A DNA stretch of 64,000 nt from Ginglymostoma cirratum. Taxonomy: Eukaryota. The position numbers and the translations under genes are program-made. The notes under the pieces were generated by a model. That model saw nothing but the letters and a program-made list of their open reading frames with translations, did not search any database and had not been told where the DNA came from. Shown piece by piece: positions 1-14,184 of this stretch; position 1 is the first letter of the stretch; every line of letters starts with the position of its first letter. Location of the stretch: positions 23,222,682-23,286,681 of the forward strand of contig JAHRHZ010000042.1 in NCBI GenBank assembly GCA_024137785.1, given 5' to 3'.

Positions 1-207
1 CCTATTATATCAGAATCCCTTGCTCATTACGCTACTGTGCCTCACTTCATCTGTAGGGAGATCCTGCCAGTCAATGAATCAATTCACAATTCTTCCCAGA
101 TTTATTTTTTCCCAACAGCATTAACTTATGACTGGTCCCTTTCCTTAAATCTACAGTCGGGCAAAGAGAATAACTGAACAAGGAAAGTGGTACTGAAATA
201 ATCATAC

Positions 208-305
208 CTCGGGCTGTTGGTCGCAGCATTGTCGCCTTGGATGATGAATGACAATATCTGCATAGGACACTTCTTCCTCTATATCGCTGTATTCATTGAC
301 ATGAT
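208..305 (-). CDS. Cytoplasmic exon with tyrosine motifs (DHVNEYSDIEEEVSYADIVIHHPRRQCCDQQPE)
   Basis: 109 nt intron from the previous exon; acceptor aagcag|; open frame with VSYADI; ends at GAG|GTATGA, which is either a donor or a read-through to V then TGA at 202-204. Confidence 0.78.
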
Positions 306-414
306 CTGCTTTCAGTGATTCAAATAAATATATGTGTGTATATACATGCAATTATTGTAATATTAGGGTATTAATATTAAGGAAAGAATTTGAAGTCCAT
401 GAAGTTGAACCTAC

Positions 415-474
415 CTGTTGCATGTTTTGGATTGCTTGGTAGATTACTTCTCTTGACAAATGCATATATTATAT
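415..474 (-). CDS. Cytoplasmic exon with ITIM (x-IIYAFV-KRSNLPSNPKHAT)
   Basis: Acceptor tttaatttgcag|, donor CAG|GTAGGT; 60 nt, phase 1-1; I-x-Y-x-x-V motif. Confidence 0.75.
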
Positions 475-739
475 CTGCAAATTAAAGCAGAGTATGCAAA
501 TATTAAAGTGAACAAACTCCAAAACAGATAGAGAGATAGGTTTAGATGAAGAGGGCTGTGAGAAAACTCATGTTGGGCAGAAATGCTGACCTGTTTCTGT
601 TCTGGAAACGCTACATAAAACGTATTTTCTCCATTTCCTACTTATTTTTACTGCCCCTTTTTAAAATTCATCTGCTTCATAGATCACTTCTCAGATGTCA
701 AAAAATAAGGGTAACCACTCTCATTTGTCTGTTATTGCT

Positions 740-1130
740 CCCTCCACCACCGACGCTCAGTAGCAGCAGTGTGTACTACCTACAAGATGCACTGCAGAAA
801 TTCATCAAAGATCCTTAGACAGCCCTTCCAAACCCACGACCACTTCCATCTAGAAGGACAAGGGCAGCAGATATATGGAAACACTACCACCTACAAGTCC
901 CTCTCCAAGCTATTCACCATCCTGACTTGGAAACATATCGCCATTCCTTCACTGTTGCTGGGTCAAAATTCTGCAATTTCTTCCCAAAAGGCATTGTGTG
1001 TAAACCCACAGCAAGTGGACTGCAGCAATTCAAGAAGGAAGGTCACCACCCCCTTCTGAAGGGCAACTATGGATGGCTAATAAATGCTGGCCAGCCAGCA
1101 ATGCCCCCATCCCACAAATGAATAAATGAA
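740..1130 (+). mobile_element. LINE 3'-end fragment (CR1/L2 group); further copies at about 8960-9390, 15625-15965, 38400-39235 (+) and related pieces at 32510-33110, 50920-51180 (-)
   Basis: Shared sequence caagatgcactgcagaaattcacc...gggcaactagggatg...aataaatgctggcc repeated in the window. Confidence 0.75.
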
Positions 1131-3189
1131 AGAAAGGAGTACGGACAGAAAGTAGGAATATAGTGTTGTGATAGAGGATCAGCCAGGGTCATATTGAATG
1201 GCAGAACAGGCTCTAAGGGATGAATGGCCAACTCCTGCTCCTATTGTCTGTGTTTTTATGTGCCAGGTTTGGAATTTATTCCTTTACACTGGCAGTTTCT
1301 CTTTTGATTGCAACAAGCTTCTGGAGGACTTCTAAATAAGTAAATGGGTCATGTGCAGAATACACACAGTTGTGAGTACCTCACTAAGATTCTTTCGAAC
1401 AGGAAGAAAAAGTAACCATGCTCCAGATATAGTAATTCCCTTTGAGGTCAATTTAAAACTCCATCCCAATTCTTACAGATTCCGATAATTTCTTAAAATA
1501 GATTCTTAGGTAAACTTTTCTTAGTTGCGTTTGAACATTGAGTCAAGGATAAATTGTTCAGTTGTTAGGATTATAAGATCGGAGCACACATTTCTAGCAG
1601 CGGTCAATGGATAATATACACTCTTGGTGATTTAGTTTCTCTCTTTACTTGTGTGTGTGTTTCCTCCAGGAGGGTATCTTTATCCAATGTGGCAATGCTT
1701 ATGTTATCCCCCATGACATAGGAACCTAGGACGTGGGTAACATGATATTTAAAGAACCTACAGATGTTTATTACTGATCAATAATATATACAACTTATGC
1801 ATTCATAAGGACATCCTTATCTGGGGCTAATATAAAACTATTTAGTTACAAAGAGTACTGTGCTTCTCCCAGTGTGTCAAGCTTTAAGTGGCCCTAGTTA
1901 CGATGGAGCCTGAGACCTTTATTTGCACAAGTCACATGTTATGACACAGTGAAGATATCATGGATATCCCTTGTTAAGGTATACTGGCAAACTTACTTTG
2001 AGGTAGATCATGACATGTACCACAGTAAAACTCATCTAAACTGAGGTTTCCACAGTGCAGCTCAGCTGAGAATAGATATTTCATCAAACCTGGGACTTTC
2101 TTGTCCGAACACCAGTGAAAACTGTTGCAAACAAGCTTTAAAGTACTGATCACTGTCAAAAAATAGAAGCTAAATGATTGGTAACCCAGGGACATATCTG
2201 TTTATGATTGAAGTTTGCATGCTTTAGTATAACTCCTTTACTGTCAGAATACTATCGCACATTAACCACAAATGATTCAGAGGAATGAATGTAGCTCTGA
2301 ATCCAGTATCAATGACGCATTTATGTCTGCTATATCTGAGTAATGGTGCAATTTGTCAAAAGACTTGGCAGTTTAACTTCCTGATTTTCTGTGTAAAACA
2401 TCAATGGCCTAGTTTCATTGGTGTAATGGTTAGAAATTAAAAATGCATAGTTGCAATTGTTCTGGCAATCATTTCTTGGAAAACATATCAAGTTTGTGGG
2501 ATTATAATAAGATCACACATAATGATGCATAATTTAATGGTACCTCCATGCTTGACAAAGGTTATTGACTTTCAACTAGCATAACACTCAAATATTTTGT
2601 TCAGTCAAGTATAGAAAGTGCAAACCTTTGCTATAATGATGCAACAAAAAATAGGACCAGGTTTTGTTGACCATGATATGAAAGATGCATGTGAAAGCAT
2701 CTTGAAAAGTTTGTAAAATTTTTAAGTACAAAGGAAGTTGGGCAGCCTGAAAACCTGCAGCTGATGCAAAGAACATTTAGTCGAATACAGACCAGGATGG
2801 AATTCCACAATGATCTGTACGGGAATCTGAAAGAAGTCTCAACTTATAAGGCAGTAATAAGTTATGACAAGGTTAATATGTTGCCTTCACATGAAAGACA
2901 CATGAAGAGTGGTGACAAGTTGAAGACTATCGGCTAATGCAGTCCTGTTACATATGACAATGCCAAGGAGAATATGATGCTGGAATTAATCCCAATGTAT
3001 CAGATCAGCCCTAAATTTGTATTACCCTTAAAGGTAAAATTTGTTAATAAGTGAGGCCAAGGAGCAGACTTGGAAAACATCATAGTGGCATGACATGTTC
3101 ACCATTATTTCAGAAAAGTTACTCTCCTTTTTTAGCACTCAGTGCTTGATGGCGATGGTCAGGTAGGATACTAACAGACAGGGGTAGCA

Positions 3190-3287
3190 AGAGACAACAC
3201 AGTGTAGAGTTGAAGGAACACAGCAGGCCAGGCAGCATCAGAGGAGCAAGAAAGTTAATGTTTCGGGTCGGGACCCTTCTTCAGAAA
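3190..3287 (-). mobile_element. Solo Penelope pseudo-LTR fragment
   Basis: Reverse complement of the 4645-4740 terminal sequence. Confidence 0.75.
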
Positions 3288-3607
3288 CAGGCAGTCTGTT
3301 GGTTAGTCTCTAGCCAATGGGGATAAATGAATATTTAAAGAGTCACACAAGTGAAATTCCAATTTTAATTCATTTATTTTATACATGGGCGGTAGCAGCC
3401 TCGATTCTGCTCTTTGCTAATGTCCAGTGGAATAAAAATGCCTGTGTGAACACAATCTTAAAACACACTCTTTGAAGTGAAATGGCAAATTTGGAATGGA
3501 AGATACAACATGGCTGGTTAGGTCGAGTTGCATTTTCTGACAGACTCTGCAGCAATGTTTCAATTATTGTAATGAATTACCATTCAGCCCCAACACAAGA
3601 CTGCACA

Positions 3608-4770
3608 AATTACTAGATGAATATCTCACCCATCCTCCTGCAAGAATGTGATCCCCTGCTCCCAATTCCTCCGCCTCCACCGTGTCTGCTCACAAGATGG
3701 GACATTCCACTCCCACACATCCCAGATGTTCTCCTATTCCAAGGATCATAACAGCCCCCTGTCTGGTGATCAAAAATGTCCTCAACCACATCTCTTGCAT
3801 TTCCTGCACTTCTGCCCTCACATCTCTTCCCCCCAACAAAAATAAAGACAGAATCCCCCTTGTCCTCACATATCACCCCACTAACCTCCGCATCCAACAT
3901 ATCATTGTCTGCCACTTCTGCCACCTACAATCCGATCCCACAACCAAAGCGATATTTCCCTCCCCACCCCTATCTGCCTTTCATAGGGACCGCTCTCTCC
4001 GTGACTTCCTCATCCACTCCACACTCCCCACTTGCCCCACCACCCCCAGCACCTTTCCCTGCAACCACAGGAAGTGCTATACCTGCCCCTACATCTCTCC
4101 TCTCGTCTCCACTCAAAGCACAAAACAAACCTTCCATATCTGACAGGGGTTCACCTGCACATCCGTCAACTTGGTCTACTGTATCCGCTGCTCCCAATGC
4201 GGCCTCCTGTACAGTGGTGAGACCAAGTGTAGTGACCATTTTGTAGAGCATCTGTGCTCTGTATGTACCAAACGACAACACCTTCCGGTTGCCAACCATT
4301 TGAACTTTCCCTCCCACTCCCTGGGTGACATGTCCATCTTGGGCCTCCTCCAGTGTCACAATGATACCACTCGCAAACCGAAAGAGCAGCACCTCATATT
4401 CCACCTCAGGGGCCTACAGCCCAATAGCCCAAACATGGAATTCACCAGTTTTAAAATCTCCCCACCCCTGACCTCATCCTACGCCCATCCTCATCCTTGA
4501 CCTGACACAACCTGTCCATCTTGTTTCCCACCTAACCACCCCTCCCATCCCACTGACTAATCCCTACCTGCACTATCCCACATACCTTCCCCAGTCCCAC
4601 CCCTCCTCTCTCTATTTATTTCTGACTCCCTTCCCCCTCCCCATTCCTGAAGAAGGGTCCCAACCTGAAATGTCAACTTTCCTGCTCCTCTGATGCTGCC
4701 TGGCCTGCTGTTTTCTTCCAGCTGCACACTGTGTTGTCTCTGACTCCAGCATCTGCAGTTCTTGCTATCT
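3608..4770 (+). mobile_element. Penelope-like retroelement fragment (RT C-terminus, GIY-YIG endonuclease, 3' pseudo-LTR)
   Basis: RIPLVLTYHP and VYCIRCSQCGLLYSGET...HLPVANH motifs; terminal segment ctgaagaagggtccc...gcatctgcagtt. Confidence 0.9.
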
Positions 4771-7700
4771 CAAAGATTCAACTAGTTTTGTTTTCTAACA
4801 TTCAACTTTTTTCCTTATGTGTTGATAATGCAGCTGTTCACTAAGCACAGTAATCAAATTCTGAACTTGTTTCAGAACAGAAAAAGGTAAAGAGATTCAG
4901 GAATAATCGGTTCAAAGTCACCTCTTTCTTCTGAAGTTAACAACACTTACTACCTGGTCCATTTGTTCATGTCCTGAATTAAACAGGTTAGTTTCTGAAA
5001 GAACTCTATTTTATTTGCTCTTGAATGAATAGTATGAATGGCTTCCACCATCTTCTCTCAAGAATGTGTACCACACAGTTGGCAGTGCTGATTGAAACAC
5101 TGAACTGACTTTATTTGAGACGCAGAAGTCACATTACCAAGGCCCAAAGCAGGTTATCTTTTGAAGAAAATATTGAAACAAGAGCTTAGCTCAATTTGTA
5201 AATGTTGGTACATTCCAGATATTAAGTAGGCATTGCAATAAAACTCATCCCATTGCTGAAAGATCTTTAAAATCTAAGGTTTCAAAGAGCACAGTAGGGT
5301 TGCACCAAAAAAAGCAAGGTATTTAACCTTGGCTAGAAGAATAGAACCAAAGAAAATAACCTGTACTTGAAATGGGGTAAATTCCAAATTAAGACGGAGT
5401 AACAGTAGCTAAAATTTTTCATTATTTTTCAGCAAGTGAAGGCATTCTGCTGGCAGCCCAGTCAGAGTTCCAGTAGCTCTGGTGGTGGTCATTGGTTAGA
5501 CTGTAGCTGCAAATAGCAGCCACCTTACAGCCCAGTGGCCTTTAAGGACAGTTTAGGTAAATTAGGGCAGGCCAGGGCTACGTAGTTAGAGCCTGGTTAT
5601 TGGCACGTGGGCTGGGACGTTTGGGGGTAGTGATGGGTGGGGGAGTGGGGTGCTTAATCATGGAATACCAATCCTGATCTGGTCTTGAAGTTTCATTAAA
5701 GAACAGCCTGCTCTAACCTACTGGGTGGCACTGCCATAGTGTTGGGCCTGCCAAAGTGGACAAAATACCTGCACAGCTGCAAAGGTTCCACATAATTGGC
5801 TCATGAGAGGATCAAGCGACAAACTTTCCCACTGCTGGCAAGGTGGTACATAGCAAGAAGATGTCAAGCCTTCCCTGGCATTTGGGAGCTTCACAACCTC
5901 TTGCCACAGGGCCCAGAAAATTCCAAGCACTGTTACTCCATACTAATTTTGAATTTTCCCCTTTCAAGTACAGGTCATTGCCTCTGGTTCTCCTGTTCTA
6001 GACAAGGTTAAATAGCTTGCTTTTTAGTGCAACCCTACTATGCTTCATGAAATCTTAGATTTTAAAGATATTTTGCCCATGGGATGACTTTTATTGCAAT
6101 ATCTGCTTAATATCTAGAATGTATCAATAATTACAAATTGAGCGAAGTTCTTGTTTCAATATTTTCTTTGAAAGTTCTACTATTTGATCAAATAAATAGA
6201 CATTGCAGAACTCCAAACGATAATTCCAAAGTTCAGGGGATAGGTAGTGTTATTTTATTTGATCGCATAGATACATACTTACAATACTTAATAGATATAA
6301 TGCACATACCTGTTTCAGTGTTGCAATTTTCACTCCTGATCATGGTTTCTGGGCTTGAATAGATGGAAATAAGCAAAATTAGTGTCATTGAAGACACAGG
6401 AGTAGATGCATGAGCTTAATTTTACTTCTTCTAGATTCAGTCACGTTGGGTATAAGATCTAGACTTGACTGTCAACAATTTTTTAATATTTTAGAATGAC
6501 TTACAAGATGGTGCATCACAGCTTTCAGGTCTATTGTAAATCAGATTGACTTCTGTTACCTCACTTATGTTGTGATCATATGGTTGGGCAGACTGAGTTC
6601 CAAATAATAGGAACAACTCTTTCTAGTTCATCTTTATCCACACTTATTTTCCACTTAGAATAGATCAAAACACAATTATCCTTTTTGAAATATGTATTTA
6701 AATATGGAACATTTCATCAGTGCTGTGTCATTACATTTCTGGTTTCACAAGGGCTTCTGTACCAAATGCATTTGAAAATAAACTCCCATCTTGTAGCCTT
6801 GTCACACAAGAATGGCTCCTCTATTTGTTAAGATGGTGTGTGAAATATTTCTAACATGTCAGCACCGCTAAAATAGAAACAAAGACTGAAAAAATGCAGG
6901 TCGACCCAACCAGATAATAATGGAGTAGATAGTTAGTCTAATGATAAATAATTGCATGCTCAGGCACAGTTCGTACCTATGATTTCTTATGTATACCATC
7001 AAAGTTCCTGATGTGTCAGTTTATAGTCCAATTTTTGTTCCAAAGGAAATTTGGGATGAGGAACAAATGTTGGCCTTACTGATTGACTCTCACTTCACAT
7101 GAATGAGTAAAGAGAGAGAGTGTCCATATGCTTTTTTGATCAGTGAAAGAACCAAAGAAACTGCTTGCTATATGGAAGTTGTGATATAATGCAATGTACT
7201 GTAATCAAGTGTCATGGCGCAAACCATATGGTCTGCAATGGGAAAAGAGCAACTAAACAGGACACAGGTTCAATGATCCCTTGGAGATGTCAGGTTTCAG
7301 ACCACAGTTTCTTCAAAATTTAACAAGTAAATAATAGCACTTGATATGTGCAAGGCCAAGCTATATATTTAGCCCAAAGGTTAAGTACTCAGACCTCTGT
7401 TCAGCACACCACTCTCATGCATTGTCTGTCCAGCTTATAGAATGCTTAAAGGACAAAAATGGAGACAGACAGGCTACCAGCTAACAGGAAACACAGAAAA
7501 GTAAAAACATCAACCCGTTAATGAGTACTTGACTCACCCTTTCACCACAATGATGGAAATACCAAAAATTCCGAGAAATTGGATGACATATCCCTGCATG
7601 TGACATGTCCAATTTTCACTGGAGGGGCAAGGTTCAACTCTACATAGCATTTTTCAAGACTAGTACATAGTGAAGAGGAAAGGCAAAGCAACGATAGTGA

Positions 7701-8234
7701 AACCACAAATTACATAAGCCCCAAAATTAACTGTGGCGGTGAATAACCATTTCATTATCACCAAGCAGAGATCTGCATTTTTGTGCAACCCACTGTTATT
7801 TGCAAGCATACTTGCTATCGTGGTTGGTAAAATACAAGCTATTGTTACCTGCAGGTCCATATCACTTTACTTACAATTAGCAAATATGGGCAGCCATTCA
7901 TTACTTGTGGTTTTATCAATAGTTGTGTCAAATGAGGCCACGAAATGTCATGGGATTAACAGCTAATACCATTCTACTCTGAAACATTTAACTATATGAG
8001 ACCAGTGCAACACCTTGCATCAGAGTCAAAAATCCAGCAAGAGTCCAGTTCACTTTTGGAAGCTGTTAATTTTGAGTTTGAAGCTTCTGTATAATTTTCA
8101 ATTTGCATTTTAATTTTCACCATAAGAAATGTACACAGCAAGTCTGAACTAATGCTGTGTCACATCACAGACTTAGAGTACAGAAGCAGACCATTCAGCC
8201 CATTGCTTGTACTTTTGTAACAGCTACTCAGCAT

Positions 8235-8830
8235 ATTATGTAGCAGACACCTCAAGGCACTGGAGCAGTACCACCAACGCTGCCTGAGCAAGATCCTGCA
8301 AATCCACTGGGAAGAAAGACGCACCAACACCAGCGGCCTCAACCAGACCAACATTCCCAGCTTCGAGGTACTGACCATCCTTGATCAGTTGTAATGGACT
8401 GGCCCTGTCGTCTGCATGACTGACACAAGACTCCCCAATCAGGTGTTCTACTCCTAGCTTCGAAACGGCAGGCGAGCTCCAGGTAGACAGACAAAGTGCT
8501 TCAGTGATACTCTCAAGGCTTCACTGCTGAAGTGTAGCATTCCGACAGACACCTGGGAATCACTGGCCAAAGACTGTCCAAAGTGGAGGAGGAGCATCTG
8601 GGAATGCATTGAGCACCTCAAGAATTGCCATCAGGAAAGAAATGGAAGCCAGGCAAAAACAGTGAAAGCAGCACACTGCCACACCAATGCCCCACCCACC
8701 CCTTATCATGACCACCACCTGCCCCCAAGTGTAATAGAGCCTGCGGTAGCCATATCAGTCCGTTCAGCCACCTATGGATTCACCCTGAGAGTGGAAGAGA
8801 GTCATCCTCATCTACAAAGGACTGCTTATG
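8235..8830 (+). mobile_element. RTE-clade LINE 3' fragment
   Basis: Translates as RHLKALEQYHQRCLSKILQIHWEERRTN...DTRLPNQVFY..., typical of the RTE/BovB ORF C-terminus. Confidence 0.75.
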
Positions 8831-10203
8831 ATAATTATACTTCCATGCTTTTTCTGTGTAGTCTTGCAATTACTTCCTCTTCAGAAAATTGTCCAACCTT
8901 TTCTTAAAGCCAGAAGTGAATCTAGCTCCAGCGTACTTTCAAGATAAGTGCAGGTCTAACATCCCACAAGAAACATGTCACCATCTAGGACAAAGCAACC
9001 TATTTAATTGGCACCACATCAGCAAGCATTCACTCCCTCTCCCACTGACACTCAGTTCCAGCAGCATATACGATCTACAAGGTGCACTGCAGAAATTCAC
9101 CAAGGCTCCTCCAAACCCATACCCACTACTACAAGGGCAGCAGATACATAGGAATGCCATGACCTGCAAGATGCCCTCCAAATGACTCACCAGCCTGATT
9201 TCGAATATATCACCATTTCCTCAGTGTTGTTGGATCAAAGGCCTGGGACTCTTTCTGTAACAGCCACGTGGGGGGACCTACATCAAATGGATGGCAGCTG
9301 TTCAAAAGGCAGCTCAGCACCACTTTCTCAAGGGCAACTAGGGATGGGCAATAAATGCTGGCCAGCCTGCAACATCCGTGAATGAATGAAAACATTTAAA
9401 AAATCTATTGTATCTGAACCAGCTCTTTGCTAGAGCAAACCTACATGAATCACATTGGTCTGAACTCTCTCCATCATTCTATACCTTCATTTCTGCAATC
9501 CTCTTTTCACTTCGTAAATATAATTGACTCTACCTCCACTATCTTTGCAGTAAAGCATTCCAAGTTCCAACAACCCCAAGAATATAGAAACTATTATACT
9601 TTGTAGTGATTGCTCTAAATCAATGACCCTTTGCACCTAATTTACTCAGAGGAAATAGTCTTTATTTATACAATCTTTCCTGTAAGAATAGTCTTTAAAA
9701 TTTTAATACCCCCACGTAAGTACATCTTAAGCTTCTCTGCTCCAGTGACATCAACTTCAATATCAGAAATATCCATTTAGTTTTTTGTTAACACTGAAAT
9801 ATACTTAGAATTTGAACATTAAACAACATTAGTCTTCATATTCCTATGAGTACTTGTATTTAAAGCTCCATTCTGAACAAATTATGCTGCTCATTTAATT
9901 ATACTGTTCTGCTGTGCACAACACTAAAGAAAGTACTCCAGTCATTTTTTTGTGCAAAACAGAGAGGTACCTTATACATATCTATGGATGTGAGCTCAAC
10001 TTAATATTGTTGATAATATATACATGAGTGATTGTTTGGTGAGTTCAAACATTTAGCTTTTTGGCATACAGGAAGGATTATGATCTAAATTTGGTGCTTT
10101 CTTCAAGTCCCTGCCGGTTACTTTGATTTCCAATTATTGTACACAACCTTGTCTATTCTGGGGTACACTTGTCAGTTTGCCAGGAAACGCATGTGTGGCT
10201 CAC

Positions 10204-10265
10204 TGAGACAAAGATTGCCGTAACTTGCTTGTTCTATTCCTTTAAGAAATTCAGTGTCATAGTAA
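10204..10265 (-). CDS. Cytoplasmic exon (S-YYDTEFLKGIEQASYGNLCL)
   Basis: Acceptor tgtttcag|, donor CTCA|GTGAGC; 62 nt, phase 2 to 1, which restores the frame; carries a YxNL motif. Confidence 0.65.
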
Positions 10266-10535
10266 CTGAAACATTTGGTGGTGAGAGCTAAATGAGAGAA
10301 TCTTAAGATTAAAGAGTAGGATGATGTCAGACATTTGAAATTATATGAATTCAACTGGGCATGGTTTTACAGAATAGAAACTGAATGTGTCCAATTCAAT
10401 ATATATCAACACTATGGTCTTATACGCACATTAATTAAAATGTAATTTTCCAACACAGCTTCGTGTTAAAAGTGTTATTTAGCACAAAAGTACCTGTTAA
10501 AAAGAATAATGACTAAATTTAAGCATGGGTCTTAC

Positions 10536-10563
10536 CTTGGTTCAATGGATACATTAACTGTAT
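10536..10563 (-). CDS. Cytoplasmic mini-exon (D-TVNVSIEP-S)
   Basis: Strong acceptor tttattttcttttccag| and donor CAAG|GTAAGA; 28 nt, phase 1 to 2; compatible with the TM exon and the next exon. Confidence 0.7.
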
Positions 10564-13500
10564 CTGGAAAAGAAAATAAAAATTTAGAATCTTATGTTTC
10601 TTGGTAACCTCCCAGTTTCTGCCCATGCCTTCTCAGATATGGCAATGAGGACAGTTCACTCAACAGGAGATCAGCAGCCTTCAGAGTCTGTTTCATCAAA
10701 TAAATTACTTAACTGAACACAGCCCAATTTACAAACATCCATCACAGCATCTAAACATTTCTTCAAAGATTCCACTTAATCTAGAAAGTCAATAATGGTA
10801 TTCGAAATTCATTCCACTGGGAATAGAGCAATTACATTTTGCAGTTGTGAAATTGTCTCAATGATACTCTGACCTGGAGTTTCAAGACACAAGGATTACA
10901 TTTTATTTCATATTTGTGATGTGAATGACGACCATCTTAAGTCCTTTTACAGTCAGTAAGATTGTAATCAGCAGAAACCATGGATTTTCTGCACTGCATC
11001 CAGCATCAGCTGTTTTTCTTCCAATCCAATGAGAAGGAAGCAGCAGGTAGAACTGTAAAATGGTACAGTTCATGTCAGCTAGGGACAGCCCACGAGCAAT
11101 TCAGCAGAAAATTCTACAAATACAGTAAAGGTACAAAAAGCATTTAAGCTACAATGGAGAACAAAATTCTCAACATGAACTGGCAGGTCACTAATCTTGT
11201 AGCAAAGTTTCACTTATTTAAAGAAAAGATGAGATGTCATTTCATTGACCAACAAACAGTTGAACAAGAGAAAAACAACTCTTCATTGGTCCAGGAAATG
11301 AAGGTTTGAGAAAAGTTCATTCTTCAGCCTGGCACAGAAATCTTTCTATCAATCTGGCATGAACAGAAGTCTGGTTGATACTATCATCTGAGGCATGTCA
11401 GCTTCATAAATTTCAGCACTTATGCTGCATGACATTTCCTATTAAGCAAGTTGCCAGATTGCTATTTCAAGTTCAAAGTCAAAACTATATATTAATGACA
11501 AATTATTTTACCGAATTTTCTTTCATCAGGCAAAGATAATACCAATACCACAGGCATCAACACATTAACACATATGCAGCATATCTGGCAGATCATGTCA
11601 GACAATGGTCCTCCATTAGTGAAGCACTCACTCATTACTACACTGGCATGTCAGCCTTATGCTTTGTTCAGGTCATCAAGTGTAATCTTTAGCTCTTCCT
11701 TTTCTAACAGCAAAGGAATGTGTGTATGTGATGCTCCCATCGCAGCCATCTTCAAAAACAGAGTTATTTAAAAAGCATGACAAATCAATTGATAAAAATG
11801 ATGTGATGGACACTAACATTCTGTCAGAATGGTGACAAGGAGTCCTGAAGCAATCTGCATACATACTGTATATATAAGCATTGCACCTAAGTATCAGTAA
11901 CAAAAGCTGGCAATATGCTTTAGCTTTTTAATTGGTCCTATTAGATTTAGAAGTCTGAGAGTTTATCTCAGTCCCTAAAACAGTGTTAAATAATCTAATA
12001 TTTCAAGGAAACAAGATAAACATATCAGTAAAAAATATTAGAACTGACGGTACTGCTACAGCCCTGCACTCTACAGCCTACATGTCAACTTATCGCAGTT
12101 GGTAGAACTTCTGCTGCCACTGAGCAGATGTTTGTGGGTACAGGTTACAGTTCAGTGCTTAAGCAGGCAGCAGCTCTAGGTTACACACTCTCGAATGCGT
12201 CACATCTGTGAAATACTGCAGTGTCCATATCTATCTGCAGCATTCTTGCTGTGGTCTAACGAATATTGTATGCAGTTTTAGCATCAACGTTTTGTTCTTA
12301 TGTTTTATCAGTTAGCTAATAAAGGAAGATGGCAAATTCCTTCTTTAGCTCCCTATCAACTTGTCCTGATCAGGATTTGTGGACATACACCCTATGGTGC
12401 ATTTGTTTCCCCATTTTACTCAGTATCTTCCTATTCATTGTTTCCTATCTTCCTCTTCTGCTTCTCAACCTTGATGCTCATCTGAGATTAAGCAACCACC
12501 AGTAGTCTCTCCCTCTAATGAAAGAGCAGTGCTATGGTCTGGTAGGACTATGGCATTTTTAAACAAAAAAAAAAACAAAGAGCTGTGGATGCTGGAAATC
12601 AGAAACAAAATTGGATTCATGATTTGAAGGTCCTGAAGAAGGGTACCTGTACCCAAAATGTTGGCCCTGTTTTCTCTTCACACATGCTACCTGACTTGCT
12701 GAGTTTTTCCTGCAATTTCCGATTTTGTTTATGGCATTTTTACTTCTTTGTACCTTTCAAAATGTATTACCTCATGCCTATGCAGATTGAATTCCATTTT
12801 CCACTGTTTCACTCAACTCACTATCTACATCTTGCTTATAGCAGTCACGCTTTAATTAGGATTTCGACAAGTGTCTTGCATGGAATAGCAGATTTACAAG
12901 GAGAATATTGGGTGCATGGGGATGGATGAAGGGGCATAGATTGGTATGAAGGGTCCTTGGGGAGTGAAATTGAAAGATGAGATCTGTTTCTTTTTTAGTT
13001 CTTTTATTGTAACTTGGATGAAGTGTCAAAGCACCGAGGCTTGCCTTTCACAAATCCTCCCTCCACCTCCCAACAGCTCCTGCAGCTGACACTGGAGTTG
13101 GTGCGCTCAACTCTAGTTAGCACCTACCCAGTGTGAAAATCCAGTTTTCCTGGGCATTTTCACCCAAGCTAAGCAGGGAAATCTCTTGAATCCTACAACC
13201 CATGGTTAGTATATATCTTAGTGGGTCAAGGACTGAGATAAGCAACAAATGTTCACAGCAAAGGATGTGAGATAGTGGAGAGGCATGTAGTTAGTATTGC
13301 CAAGTTGGTTCATTACTTTTGGGCCAGATTTCTCAGGGTTTTCTCTTGCTACTTTCCCGATCTTTTCTGGAAATATGGTGAAGTTAATGCAGTGCAACAA
13401 AGTTGTTAAACTGACATACCATAACTCAAGTTGTGATCAATTCTGAAATCAGATTGTCTGGCCCAACATTGGGACATGAAAAAATAGTTCTTAAACAAAT

Positions 13501-14184
13501 TTTGAAGAAAATTACAGAAACAATTCTACATTATTGTCTTGGACACATTACTTCAAATATAGAGAACCTCATATGGGAAATAGGTAATAATGAATGTAAT
13601 TTACTCATTGTGCCATTAAATGGTGTTTTATGAGAACTGTGCCTCTCTCAGCACACTAAGAAGAATGTGCGCATTTAATCATTATCACAAAAGAAATGAA
13701 GGGGTACTTCACCATTTCAATAAGAAATTGATTTTACCAACATGTAAGAGAATGCTTACAGTAAATGTGGTATTCATCACCTGTTCCACTGATTTGGAAA
13801 TTGGAAATTAGAGAAGTGATAGAACTCATTATTACAATGTTTGTGTTAAGTGCAGCACTCTCACATCTGAGTCAGAGGGTTGCGGGTTCCTGGTACATAA
13901 CAGGGACTTGAACAAGATCTATGCAGATATTCTAGTAGTGCACAGCGTTCAGGAAGTGCTGGACTATTGAATGTGTTATTTTTCAAATAGAGCTTAGACC
14001 AAAATGTCATTTGGACCTGTTCGGTGAGTGGAAATGAGAAGTCACTGTTTTAAAGGGGAGTTCTTGATCAGTATTTGTCTCTTGTTCAACATCTAATCTG
14101 GTGATTATCATATTGCTCTTTGATAAACCTTACTATCTACAAATTAACTGAATGTTTCCTATAGTGATGACTACTAATCATTCA

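Noticed and set aside
487-513. Plus-strand AEYANIKV, an ITIM-like peptide
   Set aside because: Wrong strand for the gene, overlaps the minus-strand acceptor region, and has no supporting plus-strand exons
4950-4995. Candidate exon ending CAG|GTAGTAAGT
   Set aside because: Would end in phase 0, incompatible with the phase-1 acceptor at 474
7530-7966. Hydrophobic short ORFs on both strands
   Set aside because: No recognisable domain or consistent splice phase; likely chance in AT-rich intron
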